Below are positions 41,207-51,424 of a stretch of DNA of 64,000 nucleotides, in pieces. Source of the stretch: Acidimicrobiaceae bacterium (GTDB taxonomy: Bacteria; Actinomycetota; Acidimicrobiia; Acidimicrobiales; RAAP-2). Where the stretch lies: positions 137,070 to 201,069 of the forward strand of contig PLHJ01000012.1 of the NCBI GenBank assembly GCA_003138895.1, written 5' to 3'. Position 1 is the stretch's first letter. Each line of letters starts with the position of its first letter. The notes below the pieces were generated by a model. The model ran no database searches. It was not told the origin of the DNA and saw nothing but the letters and a program-made list of their open reading frames with translations. Position numbers and translations under genes: made by a program.

Positions 41207-41453
41207 TGGCGACCGGCGCAAGTCAAACTATTGGAAAATCGAAGAAATTCAAAGTTTCGGTTTTGGCCCAGATGTGGAGAGATCTGTTCCGATTTCACCG
41301 TGCGAGTGGTATCAACGATTAGGCCGAGCAATAACGGCCCGAATTGTTAATAGTTGTCGCAAATTCACCGCCCCTAAGCACTGTTGCGCAATACTGACGA
41401 CCATCGCAAGGACCCTACGGGCTCGGGCGTGATGACAAAAAGGGAGGACTTGA

Positions 41454-42998
41454 GTGTCATTAACTATGGATCCAAGCGCGGATCTTCCTGAGGAAGATCA
41501 AGCGTTTCATATAGAACGGCGAGGAATTGACTTCGTTCCCGAATCAGAACGCTGGGCCACGCCACGCAATATTGGCGCCTTGTGGACGGGCTCGGCAATC
41601 AACGTCGAGTACTTCGTTTACGGGGCGCTGCTCATGGGATTTGGCTTCAGTTTTTGGACAGCCCTGAGCCTCATCATCATTGGGAATCTTTCCTTCTTTC
41701 TTTTGGGTGTTGCCTCATTGCAAGGTCCAGAAACTGGTACGGCGGCATTCGCAATTAGTCGAGCGGCGTTTGGTACCAGAGGATCACGTTTGGTGAGTTT
41801 CTTTAACTGGGTCACACAGTTGGGTTTTGAGACCGAGGGCCTCATCTTGATTGTTGGTGCCGCCATTGTTCTGTTCCAACTCGCTGGCGTACACGTGTCG
41901 AGTCCCTTGAAAGTGATCTTCATCGTCATCGCGGCTGCTATCCAGGCCGTCATGCCCTACTTGGGACATGCGACCATGGTGAAAGTTCTACGCTCACTCA
42001 TCATTCCTTTCGGCATCATCTTTTTGGTGCTCGCTATTTACGACTTCCAGCACGGTGCGACCAACATCAAGTCGTTTGGCAGTGGATGGGAGCTCTACTC
42101 GGCCGGTCTCGCGTTCGTGTTCGCGCTCTCTGGTCTCGGCTGGACGGAGTGTGGCAACGACTACACGCGCTACGTACCTCGTGATGCAAAAAAGAGTTCC
42201 ATCGTCGGATGGATTTTCTTGGGAACGGCGATTCCCGAAATGCTCATGATGGTGCTTGGCGCACTCACGTTCACCTTTCTTTCCACGAGCACCATTTGGA
42301 ACGGCGCCAATCCCTTTGAAGCCTTTCACGGTCAACACTTCATTCCCACGTGGATCGTCGTGATCTTCTTGTTGTTGGCCATCGTGCAGCTCTTCGGAAT
42401 TAACTCGCTGGACCTTTACTCCTCGGGCGTGTCCTTGCAGGCCATGGGACTGAACTTGAAGCGCTACCAAGCAGTCATCTTGGACAGTGTCATTGCCTGC
42501 GGCCTCACCATCTGGGCTGAATTCCAGTCAACGTTCTCCCTCTATATGAAGGAGTTCGTCGGTGTGATCATTGTCTGGATTGCCCCGTGGCTCGGCATCT
42601 ATCTCATGGACTGGATCTTGCGTAAGTACCGCTACAACGCTTCAGAGTTACAGCGCACGGACTCGGGTGGTTTGTATTGGGGCATGGGTGGCTTCAACTG
42701 GAACGCGATTATCGCGTTCTTCGTCGGCCTCGTCTGTTCCACCATTGCGTTCTCTAAAGCACCACCGCCCGTTAATTTTCCGTTCCACTGGATGACGCCG
42801 ATATCGAATCATTACGGTGGCGCCTGCGCGGGAAATCTTGTTCACGGTGCCTGTACGGCTGGTTGGTACGGCGGTGCCGACTTTTCTGTACCAACGGGCA
42901 TCATTATTGCCGGCTTGTTGTATTTCATTTTGGAAAAAGCCACGGGCAACGTGAAAAAGCAAGTTGCCCGCCAGCACGAGCTTGAGCCAAATATTTAA
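41454..42998 (+). CDS. NCS1-family purine/cytosine permease
   Basis: IERRGIDFVPE.ER, G..TG, SRAAFG.RG, DYTRY, about 12 TM segments; GGGAGG SD. Confidence 0.9.
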   Translation: MSLTMDPSADLPEEDQAFHIERRGIDFVPESERWATPRNIGALWTGSAINVEYFVYGALLMGFGFSFWTALSLIIIGNLSFFLLGVASLQGPETGTAAFAISRAAFGTRGSRLVSFFNWVTQLGFETEGLILIVGAAIVLFQLAGVHVSSPLKVIFIVIAAAIQAVMPYLGHATMVKVLRSLIIPFGIIFLVLAIYDFQHGATNIKSFGSGWELYSAGLAFVFALSGLGWTECGNDYTRYVPRDAKKSSIVGWIFLGTAIPEMLMMVLGALTFTFLSTSTIWNGANPFEAFHGQHFIPTWIVVIFLLLAIVQLFGINSLDLYSSGVSLQAMGLNLKRYQAVILDSVIACGLTIWAEFQSTFSLYMKEFVGVIIVWIAPWLGIYLMDWILRKYRYNASELQRTDSGGLYWGMGGFNWNAIIAFFVGLVCSTIAFSKAPPPVNFPFHWMTPISNHYGGACAGNLVHGACTAGWYGGADFSVPTGIIIAGLLYFILEKATGNVKKQVARQHELEPNI

Positions 42999-43013
42999 CG
43001 ACCTTGTACGTGC

Positions 43014-43044
43014 CAACGCCCCGGACCTACGGTTCGGGGCGTTG
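43014..43044. terminator. Probable bidirectional intrinsic terminator
   Basis: CAACGCCCCGGACC / GGTTCGGGGCGTTG stem between convergent genes. Confidence 0.75.
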
Positions 43045-43057
43045 TGCGTTTAAAGGA

Positions 43058-43669
43058 CTAACCGTGCCAGTCTTCAACCAGTTCGTCACCGTCAGGGCGA
43101 AAAACGGGGATCGCACCGAGCGCGTGAACCAAGTGTGCATCGTCGCCGAGGGCTTCTTGCCAAAGCGACGCCTCCGTCACGAGTGTTCCCACCGCCACCA
43201 CGTTGGCGCCAACGCCACGCAGAAGCCGAAGGGCTGCACCGGTCGAAGCCCCGGTGGACACCACGTCATCAACAATGGCCACGCGCTTTCCTTTCACCGA
43301 AGGAACTCGCTCACGATCAAAAAGCAAGCGTTGCTCACCTTTCGTGGTTATAGATCGCACCGGCTCGCTGATTGCGTCAGCGAGGTGGATTTTGGGCGTT
43401 TTGTGCAAGACCACGTACTGGTCGAACTCCAAATACTGCGTAACTTCAATGGCTACGGGAATACCCATCGTCGCCACCGTGGCCACGATGTCAACGTCAA
43501 AAGGACGAAGAATATCGGCCAATTCTTTTCCCGCGGTGGCCAGAAAATTAAGGCCCATATCGACCGTGATTAGAAGCGCGAGCGTCAATTCATCGCTCAA
43601 CGCAACGAGAGGAAGTTCGACACGTTGACTCCCCACGTCAACCGAAAAGGTGCGACCACTCACGGGCAT
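43058..43669 (-). CDS. Type I phosphoribosyltransferase (APRT/XPRT-like)
   Basis: VAIVDDVVSTG PRPP-binding motif, SITT. Confidence 0.88.
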   Translation of the reverse strand: MPVSGRTFSVDVGSQRVELPLVALSDELTLALLITVDMGLNFLATAGKELADILRPFDVDIVATVATMGIPVAIEVTQYLEFDQYVVLHKTPKIHLADAISEPVRSITTKGEQRLLFDRERVPSVKGKRVAIVDDVVSTGASTGAALRLLRGVGANVVAVGTLVTEASLWQEALGDDAHLVHALGAIPVFRPDGDELVEDWHG

Positions 43670-43686
43670 GGAGCATACTTACCTTC

Positions 43687-44160
43687 GTGACACCAACTCC
43701 TCGCCCACCGCTCGACCACCATCTCGCCACAACCATGCTCGCGACCGCTTATAACGAAGCAGTTCTCGGGCGAAACGAAGGCGGCATACCGATTGGAGCC
43801 GCACTCTTTCACCGCGACGGCACCTTGCTTGGTTTGGGACACAATCGACGGGTGCAAGAAGATGACGCCTCCGTACACGCCGAAACTGACGCCTTTCGAA
43901 AGGCCGGTCGTCGACGTGACTACCCCGATTGCGTCATGGTGACCACGCTTTCACCGTGCTGGTATTGCTCGGGACTTGTTCGTCAGTTCAATATTGGCGC
44001 GGTCGTCATTGGCGAGGCGTCAACGTTTCACGGGGGCCACGACTGGCTTGAAGAACTGGGCGTTGAGATAATCGTGCTTGAGGACGAAGCTTGCACGACA
44101 CTGCTCCAAACGTTTACGACGCAACACGCAGAACTTTGGAACGAAGACATCGGTTTGTAA
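43687..44160 (+). CDS. Zn-dependent nucleobase deaminase (fungal Fcy1-like cytosine deaminase)
   Basis: EGGIPIGA, GHNRRVQ, HAE, TTLSPCWYC, WNEDIG. Confidence 0.88.
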   Translation: MTPTPRPPLDHHLATTMLATAYNEAVLGRNEGGIPIGAALFHRDGTLLGLGHNRRVQEDDASVHAETDAFRKAGRRRDYPDCVMVTTLSPCWYCSGLVRQFNIGAVVIGEASTFHGGHDWLEELGVEIIVLEDEACTTLLQTFTTQHAELWNEDIGL

Positions 44161-44222
44161 TCGAAAAATAGCCGTCATTGTTGCCCATTGACATCAACAT
44201 CGACCTCGCCTAAACATGGTTC

Positions 44223-44891
44223 ATGTCCTCAAACGAACTTGACGTCGACCGCCTTTTGCAAACACTGACGTTTGGCGACGACCCGTACGCCCACTTCAAC
44301 GAGCGAGCAACCGCTGAAGACATCCCGCCCATCCAGGTGGCTCCAGTGTTTGGTCGCCTCCTCCAGATTCTCACGGAATTACTTGACGTTCGTGTAGCCC
44401 TAGAAGTTGGCACACTCGCTGGCTACAGTGCCGCGTGGATTGCCTCAGGATTCGGTGACGGTGGACGTCTCATATCACTCGAACTTGAACCTCACCACGC
44501 CAAAGTTGCCCGAGAGAATCTTGCGTCGGTGGGACTCGACCGCGCAGTGGACATCCGCATTGGTTCAGCACTCGATACGCTGCCAGGACTGCACAATGAC
44601 CCGACGGTGTCTGGCCACGTCGACTTGTCGTTCATTGACGCCGATAAGGCAAGCAACGCGGCATATCTTGAACACGCGATTGCACTCAGTCGACCCGGCG
44701 CACTCATTATCGTCGACAACGTGGTGCGCCAAGGTGAGGTGTTGGATGCGTCGTCAACGGATCCCAACGTCATTGGAACGCGCAAAGTTCTCACACTCCT
44801 CGGCTCTCACCCTCGTCTGCACTCCACCGCTTTACAGACCGTTGGCCTGAAGGGCCACGACGGCTTCGCCGCGGCGATTGTGTTGCCGTAG
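44223..44891 (+). CDS. SAM-dependent O-methyltransferase (COMT/CCoAOMT-like)
   Basis: LEVGTLAGYS, FIDADK, IVDNV, DGF; TTGACA -35-like element upstream. Confidence 0.9.
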   Translation: MSSNELDVDRLLQTLTFGDDPYAHFNERATAEDIPPIQVAPVFGRLLQILTELLDVRVALEVGTLAGYSAAWIASGFGDGGRLISLELEPHHAKVARENLASVGLDRAVDIRIGSALDTLPGLHNDPTVSGHVDLSFIDADKASNAAYLEHAIALSRPGALIIVDNVVRQGEVLDASSTDPNVIGTRKVLTLLGSHPRLHSTALQTVGLKGHDGFAAAIVLP

Positions 44892-44911
44892 CTTTCTCTT
44901 ACGATTCCTAA

Positions 44912-46381
44912 ATGACAGATCCTCACGCCCCTTCCCATGAGCGGGCCTACCTCGGCGTCGACGAAATTTTAGGTGCCTTTGACGACGGAACCCTAACGAG
45001 TCTTTCGCTCGTTGATACCCTTCTCGATCGCATTCGCGCACTAGACCCGCCTTCATCGGGCATTGGACTTCGCGCGATTGCGGCGCTCGCTGACGACGCT
45101 CGTGAAGTGGCCTCCGAACGAGACAGCGAACGACACGCTGGTATTCGTCGAGGCGACCTTCACGGCGTACCGGTGCTCGTCAAAGACAACATTGAGGTGT
45201 TGGGACTTCCTGGCACGGCGGGGTCCACGGCACTGATTGGCCGGCCCGCGCACGACGCGCCACTCGTAACGTCACTCCGCGACGCTGGGGCAATCATTCT
45301 TGGCTCAACCAATCTCAGTCAGTGGGCAAATATCCGCTCGAGTCGCTCGACGAGCGGTTGGAGCGCCACGGGAGGGCTCGTTGGTAATCCGTGGATGCTT
45401 GACCGCTCAGCAGGCGGATCCTCATCAGGTTCAGGAGCTGCATTGGCCGCTGGTTTTACGCCACTCGCAGTTGGTACCGAAACGGACGGATCCATTATTT
45501 GCCCAGCGTCGGTGAATGGAGTGGTGGGTCTAAAGCCAACGGTCGGCACCGTTTCCACGAAAGGTGTCGTGCCCATTAGCGCGAGTCAAGACAGTCCCGG
45601 ACCGATGGGAAGAACCGTGCGTGATGTTGCCCGCCTGTACTGCGTGCTCAGTGCCACGAAGGCGCCGACGCCTGATGCATCCGCGGCGCGAATTGTCTTC
45701 GCGCATAACTGGGTCATCAGTCACGACGCGGCCGACTCACTGGTGGCGTCGACGGTTTCGCAGCTTCGATCATCGGGCTTTGACATTGTCGACCGGTATG
45801 TTTCAATGCCTGGCCCTCAGGCGTACCAAGACGAGCTGACCGTGATGCTCGCCGAACTCGTAGACGATCTTGGAACCTACCTACAAGGGCGACCGGGACC
45901 GGGTGTGAAGTCGCTGGCCGATGTGGTGGCGTACGAAAACGCTCACGCCGAGACCGAACTGCCTTTTTTCGGTCACGACTTTTTTGATCAAGCCTTAACT
46001 CTCGAAGGGCGCGCCGGACCGGAGTACCAACCGGCGCGCGAACGAAATCTCGAATGGGCAATCAATCAAGCACTTGTGCCAGGCATTGAGGGAGCCGACG
46101 TCATCATTTCTTCGGTTTACGGCCCCGCGTGGAAGAGTGACCTTATTGTTGGGGGTCATCCCAATATCGCGAGTTGCGCGTCAATGGCCCCGGCGATCGC
46201 GGGTTGGCCCGTCATGTCGTTACCAATTGGATTCGTACACGGTTTACCCATTGGCTTGGCGTTAATTGCGCGCCCCCACGATGAATGGCGTTTGTTGGAT
46301 ATCGCTCAACAGATAGAAGAGGCTCTCGCCGAAAACGTGGGATCACTTCTTCCGACGTGGATTTCGCCGTTTCGTGGTTAA
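44912..46381 (+). CDS. Amidase-signature family amidase
   Basis: [25 protein letters not shown]. Confidence 0.92.
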   Translation: MTDPHAPSHERAYLGVDEILGAFDDGTLTSLSLVDTLLDRIRALDPPSSGIGLRAIAALADDAREVASERDSERHAGIRRGDLHGVPVLVKDNIEVLGLPGTAGSTALIGRPAHDAPLVTSLRDAGAIILGSTNLSQWANIRSSRSTSGWSATGGLVGNPWMLDRSAGGSSSGSGAALAAGFTPLAVGTETDGSIICPASVNGVVGLKPTVGTVSTKGVVPISASQDSPGPMGRTVRDVARLYCVLSATKAPTPDASAARIVFAHNWVISHDAADSLVASTVSQLRSSGFDIVDRYVSMPGPQAYQDELTVMLAELVDDLGTYLQGRPGPGVKSLADVVAYENAHAETELPFFGHDFFDQALTLEGRAGPEYQPARERNLEWAINQALVPGIEGADVIISSVYGPAWKSDLIVGGHPNIASCASMAPAIAGWPVMSLPIGFVHGLPIGLALIARPHDEWRLLDIAQQIEEALAENVGSLLPTWISPFRG

Positions 46382-46487
46382 TTCGCTTGACAGGTCGTTC
46401 GAGCCAAAGGTCCGAATACGACCAATCCTTTGCGGGTCATAATGGTTTAATAGTACGACTTCGACGTTTAAGCAAGGACAACCGACG

Positions 46488-46811
46488 ATGACCGCAACGC
46501 TGAAGCTGACACATTCTTCAATTGGCGTTGAAGTCCGCCGCGGGGTCTATGACATCATCATTGACGGGCAGCCCTCGGGGGCTGTCGCTATGAACAACAC
46601 CATCGAGATTCCGGTGGCACCCGGTAGCCACACCCTCCAAATTCGAAACGGTCGAAATTCCAGCCGAGCAACGAACATCGAGATGGGCGAAGGTCAAATT
46701 ATCGAATATCGATGCACCGGAAAAAGCTTCCTGCCTATCTTTCTTGCATCCTTTTTTGTCCCGAGCCTGGCGCTCCATCTACGCCGCGTCGACAAGGGCG
46801 GGTCCGCGTAA
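46488..46811 (+). CDS. Hypothetical protein (small beta-rich domain)
   Basis: AAGGA SD; YDIIIDG...IPVAPGSHTLQIR. Confidence 0.7.
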   Translation: MTATLKLTHSSIGVEVRRGVYDIIIDGQPSGAVAMNNTIEIPVAPGSHTLQIRNGRNSSRATNIEMGEGQIIEYRCTGKSFLPIFLASFFVPSLALHLRRVDKGGSA

Positions 46812-46887
46812 TTCGAATATCGCGAATCACACGAGCCTGCGCGTACTTCCACAGAGGAGCACTTCCAGGCCATCCACTTTTGGTGCT

Positions 46888-47523
46888 CTAGCGAGCGGGA
46901 GGGCCAAACAAGCGGTCACCGGCGTCACCGAGGCCCGGCATGATGTAACCCACGTCATTGAGCACCGGATCAAGTGCCGCCGTCGCAATCGTGACGTCGC
47001 CGTGGTGTTCGTGTACGTGAGCTACGCCCTGGCGCGAAGCGATAAGACACAGCACGGTTATTTCGCCCGCACCTCGCTCGCGCAACATATCGATGACGCA
47101 CACCAGTGAACCGCCGGTCGCGAGCATTGGGTCACAGAGCACAATGCTGGCGTCCGCTAAATCTTCGGGAAGTCCGTCCAGATAGACGTCCGGTTGCAGC
47201 GTGACTTCGTTTCGTCGAAGGCCAACGAGACAGACGCGGTGGCGTGGTAACACCTGTTGTATTGCGGGGCTCATGCCAAGTCCGGCGCGAAGAATCGGCA
47301 CTATGACGTACTCACGGTCAACTCGGGTGGCGATCGCACCCTTTTGCACCGGCGTATCGACGGTCGTTTCTACGGTAGGGGCATCGCGAAAAGCCTCATA
47401 CGTCAAGTAACGCGTAATTTCACCCGCGAGCCTTAAAAAATCTGCGTTTTTCGTGTTCTCGTCGCGGAGCTCTCGCACCTTGTCAGCAATTAGAGGATGT
47501 TCAACCACTAGAAGTTTCGCCAC
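46888..47523 (-). CDS. upp: Uracil phosphoribosyltransferase
   Basis: HPL, VPILRAGLGM, DPMLATGGS, YIMPGLGDAGDRLFG; GTG 47523 (TATCGT 6 nt upstream). Confidence 0.96.
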   Translation of the reverse strand: MAKLLVVEHPLIADKVRELRDENTKNADFLRLAGEITRYLTYEAFRDAPTVETTVDTPVQKGAIATRVDREYVIVPILRAGLGMSPAIQQVLPRHRVCLVGLRRNEVTLQPDVYLDGLPEDLADASIVLCDPMLATGGSLVCVIDMLRERGAGEITVLCLIASRQGVAHVHEHHGDVTIATAALDPVLNDVGYIMPGLGDAGDRLFGPPAR

Positions 47524-47605
47524 GCGAACACGATACGCCCGAGACAACCTCGAGGCGGTAATGCCCGTGACTATGCCGCTGTCCTGCTCCATTACGCTCG
47601 AATCG

Positions 47606-49447
47606 ATGCGTTCTGCCGTGGTGACCCCGACTCAACTCGAAGGTGAGTTGCAGCAAAGGCCCGAAAGGACAGTCGTTCGCTCCAAGTACAAAGGGCCACG
47701 CGTTCGAATTTCTCGTGATACGTCACTACCGTGGTGGCGACGAATTCTTCCGGTCATCAACTCACACCGATGGAGTTTTTTCACGGCGGTAATACTGTCG
47801 TTCGCTTCGCTGGTTTTTCAGACGCTAGTTCCCAATCTTTTGAACCACGCCTTTGACAACTTGCAGACTCACCACAACGCTGCTCTTCGCGGCGAAGTAA
47901 TAACCGTCATCGTCTTTGCACTGGTCGCGGGTATCACTGGCCTCATTTCGCGCCAGTTCGTCTTCAATACCGCGTACAACGTAGAGGCTGATCTTCGTTC
48001 GCTTATTTACGAGCATCTCTCGTGGTTGTCGTTCAGCTTTTACGACCGTGTGCAGTCGGGTCAATTGGTGAGCCGAGCCAACAGCGATATTCGAAGCGTC
48101 CAGATGTACTCAACGTTCGCCCCGCTCATCATCGTGCAGTGCTCTATTGGTGTTTTGGCCTTTGGTTTCATGCTCAAGATTGACGCCGAGCTCGCTCTTA
48201 TTGCCATGATTGTGATGCCGATTCTTTACTTCGTTGGTATCCGCATGAGAAGAATGATGTTCCCCATTTCGTGGATCACGCAAGCCCGACTCGCCGACGT
48301 CGCAACAATTGTTGACGAAAACGTGAACGGCGTGCGCGTCGTGAAGTCATTCGCGCAAGAAGAAGCAGAAGTCAACCGCCTGGCCAATTCCGCCGAACGC
48401 GTGGCGTGGGCCTATATAAAGGACGCGGAGATCCGCGGACAGTGGGCTCCTTGGGTCCAGAACTTGCCGCAACTGGGTCTGGCGCTGGTGTTGTTCTTTG
48501 GTGGATGGATGGTGATTGACGGCCACCTCGGCACCGGAGCCATTCTCGCGTTCAATGCTTACCTGCTGATGTTGCAGGCGCCGTTCATGATGCTCGGACA
48601 ACTCGTCATGATGGGACAACGCGCCAAAGCCAGCGCTGAGCGAATTTTTGAGATTCTGGACGAGAATCCTGAGATCGTCGAACGGCCCGGCGCGTTTGAT
48701 CTCACCAACGTAAAAGGCAAAGTGCATTTCGACCACGTTCGTTTTGCTTATGGTGACGGCCCCGACATCTTGAAGGATTTCGACGCGGTCATTGAACCAG
48801 GTGAAACGGTCGCCATCGTTGGTCGCACTGGGTCGGGCAAATCTACGCTGGCGCGACTGTTGACTCGTTTCTACGACGTAGACGAAGGTTCGGTGAGCAT
48901 TGATGATCACGACGTTCGTGACTTGACGCTTCCTTCACTACGAGAAGGTGTCGGTGTAGTTCTTGACGAGCCGTTCCTTTTTTCGGTATCCATTCGCGAC
49001 AACATCGCTTACGGACAACCCGATGCACCGCTAGAAGCGATTATTGCTGCGGCGAAGGCGGCGAACGCTGACGAGTTCATTGTGAGACTTCCCTACGACT
49101 ACGACACGGTCGTGGGTGAACGTGGTTACACATTGTCCGGCGGCCAGCGCCAGCGCATCGCCATTGCGCGCACGCTGCTCGTGAATCCACCGGTGCTGAT
49201 TCTCGACGATGCCACGAGCGCCATTGACGTGCACATCGAAGCCGAAATTTACGACGCACTAAGGAATCTGCTTCGCCAGCGAACCACGTTTGTTATCGCG
49301 CACCGAATCTCCACAATTGCCCTGGCCTCGCGGGTGCTGCTTTTAGATGAGGGCCGCGTCGTCGCGCAGGGCACCCACGAAAAATTGCTCGCCACCACAC
49401 CGCTCTATGCGCAGGTGCTCGCCCAAACCACGCCGGAGCGTCCCTAA
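47606..49447 (+). CDS. ABC exporter half-transporter (TMD+NBD), subunit 1
   Basis: GRTGSGKST, LSGGQ, ILDDATS (E to D), IAHR; start approximate. Confidence 0.92.
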   Translation: MRSAVVTPTQLEGELQQRPERTVVRSKYKGPRVRISRDTSLPWWRRILPVINSHRWSFFTAVILSFASLVFQTLVPNLLNHAFDNLQTHHNAALRGEVITVIVFALVAGITGLISRQFVFNTAYNVEADLRSLIYEHLSWLSFSFYDRVQSGQLVSRANSDIRSVQMYSTFAPLIIVQCSIGVLAFGFMLKIDAELALIAMIVMPILYFVGIRMRRMMFPISWITQARLADVATIVDENVNGVRVVKSFAQEEAEVNRLANSAERVAWAYIKDAEIRGQWAPWVQNLPQLGLALVLFFGGWMVIDGHLGTGAILAFNAYLLMLQAPFMMLGQLVMMGQRAKASAERIFEILDENPEIVERPGAFDLTNVKGKVHFDHVRFAYGDGPDILKDFDAVIEPGETVAIVGRTGSGKSTLARLLTRFYDVDEGSVSIDDHDVRDLTLPSLREGVGVVLDEPFLFSVSIRDNIAYGQPDAPLEAIIAAAKAANADEFIVRLPYDYDTVVGERGYTLSGGQRQRIAIARTLLVNPPVLILDDATSAIDVHIEAEIYDALRNLLRQRTTFVIAHRISTIALASRVLLLDEGRVVAQGTHEKLLATTPLYAQVLAQTTPERP

Positions 49448-51402
49448 TGGCGTGGGGCGGCGGCTGGGGTGGTGGTGGCGGGGGTGGCATGTTCGGAGGT
49501 CCCGCGGGCGCCGGCTCCAATGGACTCCCCTTTGGAGGCATTCCCACTGAGTTAATGGACGGCGTCAACAAGATTCTCGCCACCGAACCCGAACACGCGC
49601 CCGCCGACATCACGTTCACTCAAATCCCGAGCGCCGCCGAAAAGCGACGCTTGACGCTTCCTCGATTGCTAAGGGTGTATCCCGGCATGCTGGTGAGCGG
49701 CTCTGTACTCGTCATTCTCATTAGCTTGCTCTTGCAGGCAGGACCGACGCTTACTGACATTGCGGTCAATCACGGCATGGTGCCTGGCCACCATTCGCTC
49801 ACCGTCGTCGCGGTCTGCGCTGGCTTGTACTTAGTCATTGCCGTTGCGAGCGCCATGTTGCAGCGAGTGCAAGTCGGGGTGACGGGACGCCTTGCCTCAC
49901 GGGTGATGCACGACCTTCGCATTCGCGTTTTCACGCACTTCCAACGACTCAGCCTCGACTTCTTTACCGAAGAAAAGGCGGGCGTGCTCATGAGTCGCAT
50001 GACGAGCGACATCGAAAATCTCCAGCAATTGATTCAAGACGGCATCAGTCAATTCGCGCTCCAGGGTCTCACCATGATTGTGATCATCGTGATACTGTTC
50101 ACGCTCAACGTCACGCTCGCGGCCTGGACTGTTTTGTTGATTGTGCCCGTTTTGACGGTGCTCACTATTTGGTTCCACATCTCGTCCGAAAAGGGTTACC
50201 TACGCAGTCGTGACGGTATTGCCAATGTGCTTGGCGATCTTTCGGAATCTCTCTATGGCGTACGCGTCGTCACGGCCAATAACCGCCAACGACGCAACAT
50301 CAAGAACCACCAACAATTCGTCGGTGCGTACCGCGACGCCAACCTTTACACCGGGCGAGTGAACGCCATCTACGGACCCACGACCATCATGATCGGCATG
50401 CTGGGACAAGCCTTGTTGCTGGGCATCGGTGGCGACATGGTCATCCGCGGAAAACTGACACCCGGTGCTCTCATTGCCTTCTTTCTTTATTTGAACCGAT
50501 TCTTTGGTCCCATCCAACTTTTGGTCCAGCAATACAACTTGCTCCAGCAAGGTCGGTCCTCAGTCATTCGACTTCGCGAATTGCTGCTGGACCCTCCATC
50601 GGTTGACGAAAAGCCTGACGCATTGACACTGGCGCCGATTGACGGGCGCATTACCTTTGAGCACGTTTCCTTTGGCTACGACCCCGCGAATCTGGTACTG
50701 CACGACGTCGATCTAGAAATTGCTCCGGGTGAGTCAGTTGCGTTTGTCGGACCAACGGGAGCCGGTAAGTCAACCATGGCCAAGTTGGTGACGCGTTTTT
50801 ACGACCCGACGATTGGGCGCGTCTTGGTCGACGGTATCGACATCCGTGACGTGACGCTTCATTCACTGCGTAGTCAACTTGGCGTTGTCCCCCAAGAAGC
50901 ATTTTTGTTCGCTGGTTCCATTCGGACGAACTTAAGTTTTGGTCGCGAAGCCATTACCGACGACGAAATTGAAGAAGCGATAGACGTCGTCGGTCTACGC
51001 GAATTAATTGATCGCTTGCCCCAGGGCGTTGACACGATTGTTCACGAACGAGGACAGACGCTTTCGGCGGGTGAGCGTCAACTCCTCGCTCTCGCGCGAG
51101 CGTTTCTCGCCCGTCCTCGCGTATTGATTCTCGACGAAGCAACGTCGTCGCTCGATCTTCGCTCAGAGACTGTTATTGAGCGGGCGCTCGACCGCTTGCT
51201 CGAAGGACGAACGGCCATTTTGATTGCGCACCGACTCACCACGGCACAACGCGCCGACCGTATCGTCGTCATTGACCAAGGTGGCGTCGTGGAAATGGGA
51301 ACGCCTAGCGAACTCGTTACTCGAGGTGGCGTCTACGCCGGTATGTACTCGGCCTGGTTGGCGTCGGGCGGTAGAGACGCCGACGCCGGAAGCGTGGCCT
51401 AG
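49447..51402 (+). CDS. ABC exporter half-transporter (TMD+NBD), subunit 2
   Basis: GPTGAGKST, LSAGER, ILDEATS, IAHR; TAATG coupling to subunit 1. Confidence 0.92.
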   Translation: MAWGGGWGGGGGGGMFGGPAGAGSNGLPFGGIPTELMDGVNKILATEPEHAPADITFTQIPSAAEKRRLTLPRLLRVYPGMLVSGSVLVILISLLLQAGPTLTDIAVNHGMVPGHHSLTVVAVCAGLYLVIAVASAMLQRVQVGVTGRLASRVMHDLRIRVFTHFQRLSLDFFTEEKAGVLMSRMTSDIENLQQLIQDGISQFALQGLTMIVIIVILFTLNVTLAAWTVLLIVPVLTVLTIWFHISSEKGYLRSRDGIANVLGDLSESLYGVRVVTANNRQRRNIKNHQQFVGAYRDANLYTGRVNAIYGPTTIMIGMLGQALLLGIGGDMVIRGKLTPGALIAFFLYLNRFFGPIQLLVQQYNLLQQGRSSVIRLRELLLDPPSVDEKPDALTLAPIDGRITFEHVSFGYDPANLVLHDVDLEIAPGESVAFVGPTGAGKSTMAKLVTRFYDPTIGRVLVDGIDIRDVTLHSLRSQLGVVPQEAFLFAGSIRTNLSFGREAITDDEIEEAIDVVGLRELIDRLPQGVDTIVHERGQTLSAGERQLLALARAFLARPRVLILDEATSSLDLRSETVIERALDRLLEGRTAILIAHRLTTAQRADRIVVIDQGGVVEMGTPSELVTRGGVYAGMYSAWLASGGRDADAGSVA

Positions 51403-51424
51403 GTACCAACGTCGTACTTTCGTG

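Noticed and set aside
41128-41453. Purine/xanthine riboswitch upstream of the NCS1 permease
   Set aside because: Only a modest hairpin (about 41402-41434) is visible, with no recognisable aptamer consensus; an Rfam scan would be needed.
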